NCBI GenBank assembly: GCA_041612035.1
Contig: JBFILX010000002.1
Coordinates: 1 to 36,606 of the forward strand
Direction: 5' to 3'
From: Gemmatimonadales bacterium
Lineage (GTDB): Bacteria > Gemmatimonadota > Gemmatimonadetes > Gemmatimonadales > GWC2-71-9
Length of the DNA stretch: 36,606 nucleotides
In this document: positions 27,619-36,606 of the stretch, one piece after another
Position numbering within the stretch: position 1 is the first letter of the stretch
Layout of the letters: every line of letters starts with the position of its first letter
The notes under the pieces: model-generated
Seen by the model: only the letters and a program-made list of their open reading frames with translations
What the model was told of the DNA's origin: nothing
Databases searched by the model: none
Translations under genes and position numbers: made by a program

Positions 27619-28656
27619 ATGAAGTTCCCGAAGTTCACGCTGGAGTCCATTCTGCCCGCGAACGAGATCGCGGTGGATCTCGGTACGGCCAACACCCTCA
27701 TCTACGTGAAGGGCGAGGGGATCGTGCTGAACGAGCCCTCGGTGGTGGCCATCGAGCGCTCCAGCGGCAAGATCAAGGGGATCGGGCTCGAGGCGAAGCG
27801 GATGCTGGGCCGCACGCCGGAGGGGATCATCGCGGTGCGTCCGCTGAAGGACGGGGTGATCGCCGACTTCGACGTGACCGAGAAGATGCTGCGGTACTTC
27901 CTCAAGACCATCATCGACAAGCACGTCTTCCGGGTGAAGCCGAAGGTGATCGTCTGCGTCCCGTCGGGGATCACCGAGGTGGAGCGCCGGGCGGTGCGCG
28001 ACAGCGCCGAGACGGCCGGGGCCAAGCAGGTGCTGATGGTGGCCGAGCCGATGGCCGCGGCCATCGGGGTGGGGCTCCCGGTCGAGACGCCCACGGGCAA
28101 CATGGTGATCGACATCGGCGGGGGCACCACGGAGATCGCGGTCATCGCCCTCTCGGGGATCGTGTGCGATACCTCGATCCGCACCGGCGGGGACGAGATC
28201 GACCAGGCGATCGTGCAGTTCATGCGCAAGAACTACAACCTCCTCATCGGCGAACCCACCTCCGAGGCGATCAAGATCAAGATCGGCTCCGCCTGGCCCA
28301 CGGGCGAGGAACGGGAGATGGAGGTCAAGGGCCGGGACCTCGTCTCCGGCATCCCCAAGACGGTGCGGGTGCACTCCAGCGAGATCCGGGACGCGGTCCA
28401 GGAGCCGATCCAGCAGATCGTGGACGCGGTGCGCCGCGCCCTGGAGATCACGCCCCCCGAGCTGTCGAGCGACATCGTGGACCGGGGGATCGTGATGACC
28501 GGGGGCGGGGCCCTCATCCGGGGCCTCGACGCGCTGCTCGCCCACGAGACCGGGCTCCCGATCCACGTGGACGAGGACCCGCTGACCTGCGTGGTGCGGG
28601 GCACCGGCCGGATCCTCGACGAGTTCGAGAAGTACCAGACCGTCCTCCAGACCTGA
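27619..28656 (+). CDS. mreB: rod shape-determining protein MreB
   Basis: IAVDLGTANTLIYVKGEGIVLNEPSVVAI, DGVIADF and DIGGGTTEIAVI. The start at 27619 (MKFPKF...) gives the usual N-terminal length. The ATG at 27592 is the longest-ORF alternative. Confidence 0.94.
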   Translation: MKFPKFTLESILPANEIAVDLGTANTLIYVKGEGIVLNEPSVVAIERSSGKIKGIGLEAKRMLGRTPEGIIAVRPLKDGVIADFDVTEKMLRYFLKTIIDKHVFRVKPKVIVCVPSGITEVERRAVRDSAETAGAKQVLMVAEPMAAAIGVGLPVETPTGNMVIDIGGGTTEIAVIALSGIVCDTSIRTGGDEIDQAIVQFMRKNYNLLIGEPTSEAIKIKIGSAWPTGEEREMEVKGRDLVSGIPKTVRVHSSEIRDAVQEPIQQIVDAVRRALEITPPELSSDIVDRGIVMTGGGALIRGLDALLAHETGLPIHVDEDPLTCVVRGTGRILDEFEKYQTVLQT

Positions 28657-28661
28657 TCCGC

Positions 28662-29495
28662 ATGGCCCGCGCCTCCGGCCGCTCCTCCTCCCGGCGCGAC
28701 ACAGTCCTCTTTCTGCTCTGCGTGGCGCTCAGCCTGCTCGCGCTCGCCTTGCCCGGCAGCTGGAGCCAGGGGGTGGCGATCGCGGTGCGGGAGACCGCGC
28801 TCGTGCCGCTCATCTGGCTGCAGAGCCGGGCCGAGGAGGGGCGCACCAGCCGGGCCCGGCTGCAGAGCCTCCTGGCCCAGCGCGACAGCGCCACCCTCGC
28901 CGCGCTCTCCGCGGCGGGCCTCGAGGCGGAGAACGAACGGCTCCGGGGGCTGCTCTCGCTCCGCCAGCGGAGCCCCGGGGCCCTGCTCGCGGCGGAGGTC
29001 CTGCACCAGCCGCTTCCCACCGACGGGCGGACCCTCCTGCTCGGGGCCGGAAGCCGGGACAGCGTGCGGGAGTTCCTCCCGGTGGTCGCGGCGGAGGGGC
29101 TGGTCGGGGTGGTCACCCGGGTGGGACCCACGGCGAGCACCGTCAACACCTGGGCGCATCCCGAGTTCCGCGCGAGCGCGGTGACCGAGGACGGTTCCGT
29201 GCTCGGGATCGTCGCCCCCTCGGGGAGCCAGGACCCGAGCCTCACCGTGCTGGAGTTCCGGGGGGTGGCCTACCGCGACACGGTGCCCGAGGGCACCCTG
29301 GTCGTGACGTCGGGGGTGGGCGGCGTCTATCCCCGGGGGATCCCGATCGGCCGGGTGAGCGGGGTGCGGCGGGAGGAGCTGGGCTGGGAGCGGGTCTACC
29401 GCCTGACCCCGCAGGTGAACCTGGGGCGGGTGAGCCACGTGATCCTGCTCACCGTGCCGCCGGGTCAGGCCCTGCGGCCGCTCGAGGTCCAGTGA
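28662..29495 (+). CDS. mreC: rod shape-determining protein MreC
   Basis: N-terminal TM, a coiled-coil with the characteristic ENERLRGLL, then a beta-rich domain ending VTSG.GG.YP.G.PIG.V. Positioned between mreB and mreD. Confidence 0.9.
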   Translation: MARASGRSSSRRDTVLFLLCVALSLLALALPGSWSQGVAIAVRETALVPLIWLQSRAEEGRTSRARLQSLLAQRDSATLAALSAAGLEAENERLRGLLSLRQRSPGALLAAEVLHQPLPTDGRTLLLGAGSRDSVREFLPVVAAEGLVGVVTRVGPTASTVNTWAHPEFRASAVTEDGSVLGIVAPSGSQDPSLTVLEFRGVAYRDTVPEGTLVVTSGVGGVYPRGIPIGRVSGVRREELGWERVYRLTPQVNLGRVSHVILLTVPPGQALRPLEVQ

Positions 29496-29989
29496 GCAAC
29501 GGACGCCGCGGGGGCTGGCCGCTCTGGCTGGTGCTCGGGCTGCTGGCGGTCCTGCACTTCTACCTGCGGCCCCGGGTGTACAGCGGGCCGGGGTCGCCGG
29601 ACTTCCTGCTGATCGCCCTCCTGATCATCGCCATGCGGAGCCGGCCCGGCCCCGCGGCGGTGGCGGGGTTCGTGGTGGGGCTGCTCACCGACGTGCTGTC
29701 GCCCGCCCACGTCGGGGCCGGGGCCCTGGCCCATACCGTGGTGGCGTACGGCGCCGCCTGGGGCCGGTCGGTCTTCTTCCCCGACAACCTCACCGTGAAC
29801 GCGGGCATGTTCGCCCTGGCCACGCTGTTCCGGAACCTGATCCTGCTGGCCGCCACCGGCTCCATGGGCGGGGCGCTCGCCTCCGCGCTGGGCTGGCCCT
29901 CGCTGGTCCAGGCGCTCACCACCGCCGTCGCCGGGTTCCTGGTCATGCTGCTCATCCGGCATCGGGTGGACTTCCGGCTCGAGACATGA
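29492..29989 (+). CDS. mreD: rod shape-determining protein MreD
   Basis: 165-aa polytopic membrane protein sitting between mreC and mrdA, overlapping mreC through GTGA and mrdA through ATGA. The assignment rests mainly on position and hydrophobicity. Confidence 0.8.
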   Translation: MSNGRRGGWPLWLVLGLLAVLHFYLRPRVYSGPGSPDFLLIALLIIAMRSRPGPAAVAGFVVGLLTDVLSPAHVGAGALAHTVVAYGAAWGRSVFFPDNLTVNAGMFALATLFRNLILLAATGSMGGALASALGWPSLVQALTTAVAGFLVMLLIRHRVDFRLET

Positions 29990-31830
29990 CCGCCTTCTCC
30001 CCGATCCGGCTCCAGGCCCGCGCCGATGCGTTCCGCTGGGTCCTGATCGGGCTGTTTCTCCTGCTCGGGGGCGCCTTCTTCCGGATCCAGGTCCTGCAGC
30101 ACGAGGCGTACCGGCTGCAGTCGCAGTCCAACCGCCTGCGGGCGATCCCGCTCGCGGCCCCCCGGGGCCCCGTCCTGGACCGCAACGGCCTGGTGGTGGC
30201 CGACAACATTCCCGGGTACTCGGTCAAGCTGCTGGCGCCCCGGCCCGACTCGCTCCGGGCCGTGCTCCACCGGATGGCCGAGCTGGTGGCCCTCGACAGC
30301 ACCGACATCGAGCAGGTGGTGCGTCGCTACCGCGGGGCGCCCTACCAGCCCGCGCTGGTGTTCAACAGCATGTCGTTCGAGGTCATCGCCCGCCTGGAAG
30401 AGCACCGGATGACGCTGCCGGGGCTCGTGATCCAGACCGAGCCGCGCCGCTACTACCCCGCGGGCCCCGCGGTGGCGCACGTGATCGGCTACGTCGGCGA
30501 GGTCTCGGAGCGGGACCTGGAGCGGGGCCGCTATCCGGGGGCCCGGCTCGGCACCATCGTGGGCCGGGAAGGGCTGGAGGCCACCTACGACAGCGTGCTG
30601 CGGGGCCGGGAAGGCATCCGCTACGTCGAGGTGAATGCCCGGGGCGCGATGGTCCGGGACGAAACGACCACCCCGTCCATTCCGCCGGTGGCGGGACGCC
30701 CGCTGGAGATCAGTCTCGACCTGCCGCTCCAGGTCTACGTGGACAGTCTCTTCCAGGGGCCGCTTTCGGCGTTCCGCGGCGCCCTGGTGGCCATGACCCC
30801 GCAGGGGGACATCCTGGCCCTCTACTCCGCGCCGACCTTCGACCCCAACGACTTCGTGGGCGGCATCGTCGCCTCGAAGTACCGGGCCTACACCTCGCCC
30901 GAGGCGGGCCTGCCGCTCTTCAACCGGGCGATCAAGGGCAGCTACCCGCCGGCGTCGCCGTTCAAGCTGGCCACCGCGGCGATGGCCCTGCGCCGGGGGC
31001 TGGTGTCCTTCACCACCCACATGGAGCAGCCGTGCACCGGGGGCTACCGGTTCGGGAGCCGGGTGTTCAAGTGCTGGAAGAAGTCGGGCCACGGCTCGCT
31101 CGACCTGGTAGGGGCGATCGCCGCCAGCTGTGACGTCTACTTCTACCAGCTGGGCCTGCGCCTCGGTCTGGACGCGATCCTGGAGGACGGGGCCCGGATG
31201 GGATTGCGCGATCTGACCGGGATCGACCTCGAAGCGGAGGCGGCGTCGTTCTTCCCGGCTTCGCGGGCCTACTACGACCGGACCTACGGGCCGCGGGGAT
31301 GGACCAACGCGGTGACGCTCAACCTGTCCATCGGGCAGGGCGAGAACAACCAGACCCTGATCAACGTGATGCGGTTCTACCAGGCGCTGGCGGGGGACGA
31401 CCGCGAGGTGACGCCCCATTTCGTCGGGGCCGAGCAGCGGAACGCGATCGACCTGGGGCTCACGCCGGCCCAGCTGGCCGGGCTCCGGGAGTCGATGATC
31501 GCGGTGGTCACCCGGGGCACCGCCGCCGGGAGCCGGGGCCGCGACCTCAACGTGGCCGGGAAGACCGGCACCGCCCAGAACCCGCACGGACCCGACCACG
31601 GCTGGTTCATCGGCTTCGCCCCGGCCGACAAGCCGGAGATCATCGTGGGGGCGATCCTGGAGCGGGGGCTGCACGGCTCGTCGGTGGCCCCCTGGGTGGT
31701 CCGGGTGATCGGGCGCTTCCTCGAATCGGGGCTGGCGGACCGGGACGTGCCGATCGAGATCATCGTGCCGCAGGACACCGCCCCCCGGCCCGAAGAGCTG
31801 CGGCCCGACACCCTGCGGGGGCCCCCGTGA
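29986..31830 (+). CDS. mrdA: penicillin-binding protein 2 (elongasome transpeptidase)
   Basis: N-terminal TM and a pedestal domain, then transpeptidase motifs SPFK (PASPFKLATA), an SxN-like SIGQGE and KTGTAQ. 614 aa. Confidence 0.93.
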   Translation: MTAFSPIRLQARADAFRWVLIGLFLLLGGAFFRIQVLQHEAYRLQSQSNRLRAIPLAAPRGPVLDRNGLVVADNIPGYSVKLLAPRPDSLRAVLHRMAELVALDSTDIEQVVRRYRGAPYQPALVFNSMSFEVIARLEEHRMTLPGLVIQTEPRRYYPAGPAVAHVIGYVGEVSERDLERGRYPGARLGTIVGREGLEATYDSVLRGREGIRYVEVNARGAMVRDETTTPSIPPVAGRPLEISLDLPLQVYVDSLFQGPLSAFRGALVAMTPQGDILALYSAPTFDPNDFVGGIVASKYRAYTSPEAGLPLFNRAIKGSYPPASPFKLATAAMALRRGLVSFTTHMEQPCTGGYRFGSRVFKCWKKSGHGSLDLVGAIAASCDVYFYQLGLRLGLDAILEDGARMGLRDLTGIDLEAEAASFFPASRAYYDRTYGPRGWTNAVTLNLSIGQGENNQTLINVMRFYQALAGDDREVTPHFVGAEQRNAIDLGLTPAQLAGLRESMIAVVTRGTAAGSRGRDLNVAGKTGTAQNPHGPDHGWFIGFAPADKPEIIVGAILERGLHGSSVAPWVVRVIGRFLESGLADRDVPIEIIVPQDTAPRPEELRPDTLRGPP

Positions 31831-33068
31831 GGCGGCTCGAGCTCGGGCGACCCCTCCTGCTGACCACCGGGGCCCTGCTGCTGTTCGGCGTGCTCACCCT
31901 CTATTCGGCGGGTCAGACCGACGCGCCCAGCTTCGGGGTCGGGGCCTGGACGCGCCAGCTGGTCTGGCTGGGGCTGGGCGTCCTGGCGGCGTGGGTGGTC
32001 TTCCGCACCTCGTACCGGGTGCTGGAGTGGGCGGCACCGGGCGTGTACGTGCTGGCGATGCTGCTCCTGGTGGCGGTGCTCTTCTTCGGGACTGGCGCCG
32101 GCACGGCGGCGGCGACCAACAGCTGGCTCGCCATCGGCGGGGTCCGGCTGGGCCAGCCGTCGGAGTTCGCCAAGCTGGCGGTGATCCTGCTGATGGCGCG
32201 CTACCTCGCGAACCTCCGGGAGCCCCCGGATTCCCTGCGGGGGCTGGTGGTCCCGGGGCTGATCGTGGGGCTGCCGTTCCTCCTGGTGATGGGCCAGCCC
32301 GACCTGGGGAGCGCCCTGGTGTTCGCCGGGGTGCTCTTCGCCATGCTGTACTGGGCCGGGGTCCGGCCCTTCCTCCTGCTGCTCCTGGCGTCGCCCCTGA
32401 TCAGCCTCCTCCTCGCGGCCAACGCCCGGCTGTGGGGGCTCTGGATGATCCTGCTCTTCCTGGTGCTGCTGGCCGGCCGGCCCTACGTGTTCGAAGGGGT
32501 GGCGACGTACGTGGTGAACGCCGCGATGGGGGTGGTGGCACTGGTGGCCTGGAACCGGCTCGCCCCGTACCAGCAGAAGCGGCTGCTCACCTTCCTCGAT
32601 CCCACCATCGACCCCTCCGCCAGCGGCTACCAGGCGATCCAGTCGAAGGTGGCGGTGGGCAGCGGCGGCTGGCTGGGCACCGGGCTCACCCAGGGGCCCC
32701 AGAAACGGCTGGCCTTCCTGCCCGAGCAGCACACCGACTTCATCTTCTCGGTGGTCGGGGAGGAACTCGGGTTCCTTGGGGTGCTCGTGGCCCTCGTCCT
32801 GTTCCTGGTCCTGCTGCTCACCCTGCTGCGCATCGCGCGGCGGGCCCTGGATCCGTTCACCGGGCTGGTGGTCTTCGGGATCCTGGGGCTCTTCCTGACC
32901 CATGTCTTCATCAACGTGGGCATGACCGTCAACGTCATGCCGATCACCGGCATCCCGCTGCCCTTCTTCTCCTACGGCGGGTCCTTCCTGCTGGCCTGCT
33001 CGGTGGCCATCGGGCTCGCCTTCCGGGCGGCCTGGGACGCCCGTCTGTCCGGGTATGCCGATATGTGA
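31827..33068 (+). CDS. rodA: peptidoglycan glycosyltransferase RodA (SEDS family)
   Basis: Polytopic SEDS protein. Motifs: LYSAG, QPSEFAKL, DLG and PEQHTDFIFSVVGEELGF, ending PITGIPLPF.SYGGS. The GTG start overlaps the mrdA stop. Confidence 0.92.
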   Translation: MRRLELGRPLLLTTGALLLFGVLTLYSAGQTDAPSFGVGAWTRQLVWLGLGVLAAWVVFRTSYRVLEWAAPGVYVLAMLLLVAVLFFGTGAGTAAATNSWLAIGGVRLGQPSEFAKLAVILLMARYLANLREPPDSLRGLVVPGLIVGLPFLLVMGQPDLGSALVFAGVLFAMLYWAGVRPFLLLLLASPLISLLLAANARLWGLWMILLFLVLLAGRPYVFEGVATYVVNAAMGVVALVAWNRLAPYQQKRLLTFLDPTIDPSASGYQAIQSKVAVGSGGWLGTGLTQGPQKRLAFLPEQHTDFIFSVVGEELGFLGVLVALVLFLVLLLTLLRIARRALDPFTGLVVFGILGLFLTHVFINVGMTVNVMPITGIPLPFFSYGGSFLLACSVAIGLAFRAAWDARLSGYADM

Positions 33069-33171
33069 CAACCGGTTACGGGCTTGCACCTAGCGCGAAT
33101 CGGGGTGCCGCCCGCAGATTTCGTGACGCCGATCACACTTCCCCCTCACAACGCGTGACCTCCGACGGCCC

Positions 33172-34044
<873 letters not shown>

Positions 34045-34071
34045 GCTGACCCTCTCACCCCCCCCGCCCCC

Positions 34072-35319
34072 GTGAGCCTCACCTACGCCGGGGCCCTGGA
34101 TTTCCTCTTTCCCCGGACCACCACCATCAGGTTCGGCCTGGAGCGCACGGAAGCGCTGCTGGACGAACTCGGCCGGCCCGAGCGGCTGTTCCCCGTGATC
34201 CACGTCGGGGGGACCAACGGGAAGGGGAGCGTGGTCGCCCTGGTGGCCGAGGCCCTGCGGGCCGCGGGGTGGCGGGTGGGACGCTACACCTCACCCCACC
34301 TGGTGAGCTTCCGCGAACGGATCCAGGTGGACGGGGTGCCGATCGGCCAGCCGGCGGTGACCATGTGGACCGAACGGCTCCGCCCGGTCATCGAACGGCT
34401 CGACGCCACCTTCTTCGAGGCGACCACCGCGATCGCCCTGGCCGACTTCGCGGCGCGGGGGGTGGAGATCGCCGTGGTGGAGGTGGGGCTGGGCGGCCGG
34501 CTCGACAGCACCAACGTGGTGCGCCCCCTGGTGAGCGCGGTCACCAAGATCGAGCTCGACCACCAGAAGTACCTGGGCGACACGCTGGAGGCCATCGCGG
34601 TCGAAAAGGCGGGGATCGCCAAGCCCGGCGCCCCCTTCGTGATCGGGGAGCCGCGGCCCGGGCTGGTGGAGGTGCTGTCCCGCGCCGCGGCGGAGTTCGT
34701 GCAGGCCGCCGATCCCGCGGCCCATCCCGAGCTCGTGGTGGTCCCCCCCGACGCCACCTGGGGGGGCCCCCTCGGCCTGGCCGGGGCGCACCAGCGCCGG
34801 AACGCGGCGGTGGCGGCCGCCGTGCTGGAGGCGCTCCCCGCGGAGTACCGGCCGGGGCCCGAGGTCGTGGCCCGGGCCTTCGCCCTGGCTCGCCTGCCTG
34901 GCCGGCTGGACCGGCGGGGCCGCTGGCTGTTCGACGTGGCCCACAACCCGGACGGGATGCAGGCCCTGGCCCGGGCCCTGGCCGACCCCGCGATCCCCCG
35001 GCCCGTCCACGCCCTGGTCTCGATCCTGGGGGACAAGGCGTGGCCCGAGATGCTGGTCCTGCTCGACCGGGCGGTGGACCTGGGGATCCTCACGGTGGCG
35101 CCCTCCGCCGACACGCGGCGGTGGGACACCGAGTGGCTCACCGCCTGGCTGGCCGACCCCGACCGGCCTCCCGCCACCGCCGAGTGGCACCTGGTGCCGG
35201 CGTTCCGGGAGGCGCTCGACCGGGTCCAGGCCGGGGCGGGGACGGTGGTCGTCACCGGGTCCTTCCACACCGTGGGCGACGTCATGGCCGCCCTCGGGAT
35301 GGCCGACGTCACGGACTGA
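34072..35319 (+). CDS. folC: bifunctional folylpolyglutamate synthase / dihydrofolate synthase
   Basis: HVGGTNGKGS P-loop, YTSPHLVSFRERI, E.GLGGRLD.TN and .HQ..N...A. 415 aa, GTG start. Confidence 0.92.
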   Translation: MSLTYAGALDFLFPRTTTIRFGLERTEALLDELGRPERLFPVIHVGGTNGKGSVVALVAEALRAAGWRVGRYTSPHLVSFRERIQVDGVPIGQPAVTMWTERLRPVIERLDATFFEATTAIALADFAARGVEIAVVEVGLGGRLDSTNVVRPLVSAVTKIELDHQKYLGDTLEAIAVEKAGIAKPGAPFVIGEPRPGLVEVLSRAAAEFVQAADPAAHPELVVVPPDATWGGPLGLAGAHQRRNAAVAAAVLEALPAEYRPGPEVVARAFALARLPGRLDRRGRWLFDVAHNPDGMQALARALADPAIPRPVHALVSILGDKAWPEMLVLLDRAVDLGILTVAPSADTRRWDTEWLTAWLADPDRPPATAEWHLVPAFREALDRVQAGAGTVVVTGSFHTVGDVMAALGMADVTD

Positions 35320-35350
35320 CGGGGGGCCGGCCCGCGGTTATCTTCCCCCG

Positions 35351-36606
35351 ATGCAACTCAAGGCCCTGCCTGGGTTTCGGGACTTCTATCCCGACGAGTT
35401 CGCGTTCCGTCACCACATCCTGACCACCTGGCGCCAGGTCGCGCGGCGCTACGGCTTCGAGGAGTACGACGGCCCGCCGCTCGAGGCGCTCGATCTCTAC
35501 ACCGCCAAGAGCGGGGAGGAGATCGTGGGCCAGCTGTACGCCTTCACTGACAAGGGCGGCCGCGACGTGGCCCTGCGGCCCGAGATGACGCCGACCCTGG
35601 CCCGGATGCTGGCCGCCCGGGCCCGCGGGATGAAGAAGCCGATCCGCTGGTTCTCCATGCCCCAGCTGTTCCGCTACGAGCGGCAGCAGCGCGGCCGTCT
35701 GCGGGAACACTTCCAGCTCAACTGCGACCTGATCGGCGAACCGGGCCCCCTGGGGGACGCGGAGATCATCGCCCTCGCGGTGGACGTGATGCGGGCCTTC
35801 GGGCTCACCGCGCGGGACGTCCGGGTGCGGATCTCCGACCGGCGGCTGCTGGGGGCGCTGCTGGACGAGGCCGGGGTGCCGCCGGCCCAGGCCGGCGCCG
35901 CATATCAGCTGCTCGACAAGCTCGGGCGGGGCGAGGCCGAGACGGCCCGGAAGGCGATCCGCGGAGCCGGGGTGCCGGAGTCGGTGGTCTCCCGGCTGGA
36001 GGGCGTGCGGGCCATCCGCACCTGGGCCGACCTGGAGCGCGACTTTCCGGCGGCCGCGGCCCACGCGGAGCCGCTGTGGCGGGTGTTCGGCGCCCTGGAC
36101 CGGATGGGACTGGGCGACTTCCTCGACCTCGACCTCACCATCGTCCGCGGGCTGGCCTACTACACCGGGACCGTCTTCGAGCTGTTCGACGCCGGATTCA
36201 GCCTGCGGGCCATCTGCGGGGGCGGGCGCTACGACCAGCTGCTGGGCGCCCTGGGGGGCGAGGACCTGCCCGCCCTGGGCTTCGGCATGGGCGACGTGGT
36301 GCTGGGCGAGCTCCTGCGCGAGCGGAACCTGGTGCCCCCGTACACGGCGGGGCTCGACGTCTTCGTCGCCGCGGTGACGGAGGACGACCTGGCGGATGTC
36401 CTGGCCCTGGCGCACGAGCTGCGCGGGGCGGGGCTCCGGGTCGAGTACCCGCTGTCGCTGAGCGCGCTGGGCAAGCAGCTCAAGCTGGCCGACGCCCGCG
36501 GGGCCCGCCACGCCCTGGTGCTGGGGCCCGACGACCGGGCCCGGGGCGAGGTGCTCTGGCGCGACCTCGGCACCGGCGCGCAGCAGGCCGTGCCGCGGGG
36601 CCGGGC
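35351..36606 (+). CDS. hisS: histidine--tRNA ligase, N-terminal roughly 418 aa (runs off the right edge)
   Basis: Absent from the ORF track because it has no stop in the window. The ATG at 35351 gives MQLKALPGFRDFYPDEFAFR..I...W..VARRYGFEEYD.P.LE, then ALRPEMTPTLARM, FRYERQQRGRLREHFQ and GGGRYD. These are class II HisS signatures. Confidence 0.92.
   Translation, partial: MQLKALPGFRDFYPDEFAFRHHILTTWRQVARRYGFEEYDGPPLEALDLYTAKSGEEIVGQLYAFTDKGGRDVALRPEMTPTLARMLAARARGMKKPIRWFSMPQLFRYERQQRGRLREHFQLNCDLIGEPGPLGDAEIIALAVDVMRAFGLTARDVRVRISDRRLLGALLDEAGVPPAQAGAAYQLLDKLGRGEAETARKAIRGAGVPESVVSRLEGVRAIRTWADLERDFPAAAAHAEPLWRVFGALDRMGLGDFLDLDLTIVRGLAYYTGTVFELFDAGFSLRAICGGGRYDQLLGALGGEDLPALGFGMGDVVLGELLRERNLVPPYTAGLDVFVAAVTEDDLADVLALAHELRGAGLRVEYPLSLSALGKQLKLADARGARHALVLGPDDRARGEVLWRDLGTGAQQAVPRGR

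Noticed and set aside
33069-33171. Gap between rodA and accD containing TTGCAC (about 33085), examined for a promoter, small ORF or RNA.
   Set aside because: No -10-like element lies at 16-19 nt spacing, and there is no stable hairpin or credible ORF. It is left unannotated.

Overview
This is a high-GC (roughly 70% by eye) bacterial chromosomal window made up almost entirely of tightly packed housekeeping genes. I found no CRISPR array, transposase, integrase, phage gene or recognisable defence, toxin or secondary-metabolite gene, and no convincing novel multi-gene system.

Gene content, left to right:
- Bases 1-2503, mostly minus strand: the 5' part of a secreted hypothetical protein, a plus-strand tRNA-Leu(UAA), and a three-gene operon (CheY-like response regulator, membrane-anchored hypothetical, prepilin-type pseudopilin).
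- From 2603 onward everything is on the plus strand: aroA-cmk-rpsA, then a GNAT acetyltransferase and a succinate-semialdehyde-type aldehyde dehydrogenase.
- An acyl-CoA carboxylase operon follows: carboxyltransferase, biotin carboxylase, a RumA/TrmA-type RNA methyltransferase and a biotin carrier protein.
- Then rplM-rpsI, rpsB-tsf-pyrH-frr-uppS-cdsA-dxr-rseP, and rpsO-pnp with an M16 peptidase, ald and dut.
- The window ends with mreB-mreC-mreD-mrdA-rodA, accD-folC and the 5' part of hisS.

Thirteen plus-strand gene junctions share overlapping stop and start codons (GTGA, ATGA or TGATG). The many long antisense and out-of-frame ORFs in the supplied track look like high-GC artefacts.

The most unusual observations:
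1. An m5U-type RNA methyltransferase gene is translationally coupled between the biotin carboxylase and biotin-carrier genes. These two genes look like a split carboxylase alpha subunit.
2. An orphan response regulator / membrane protein / pseudopilin operon ends 13 nt from the tRNA-Leu.
3. Promoter-like motifs recur, including a TATATT/TATCTT box placed so close to two start codons that the mRNAs may be leaderless.
4. The ribosomal-protein genes have structured GC-rich leaders.

All calls come from reading the sequence and translations by eye. No database searches or structure predictions were run.
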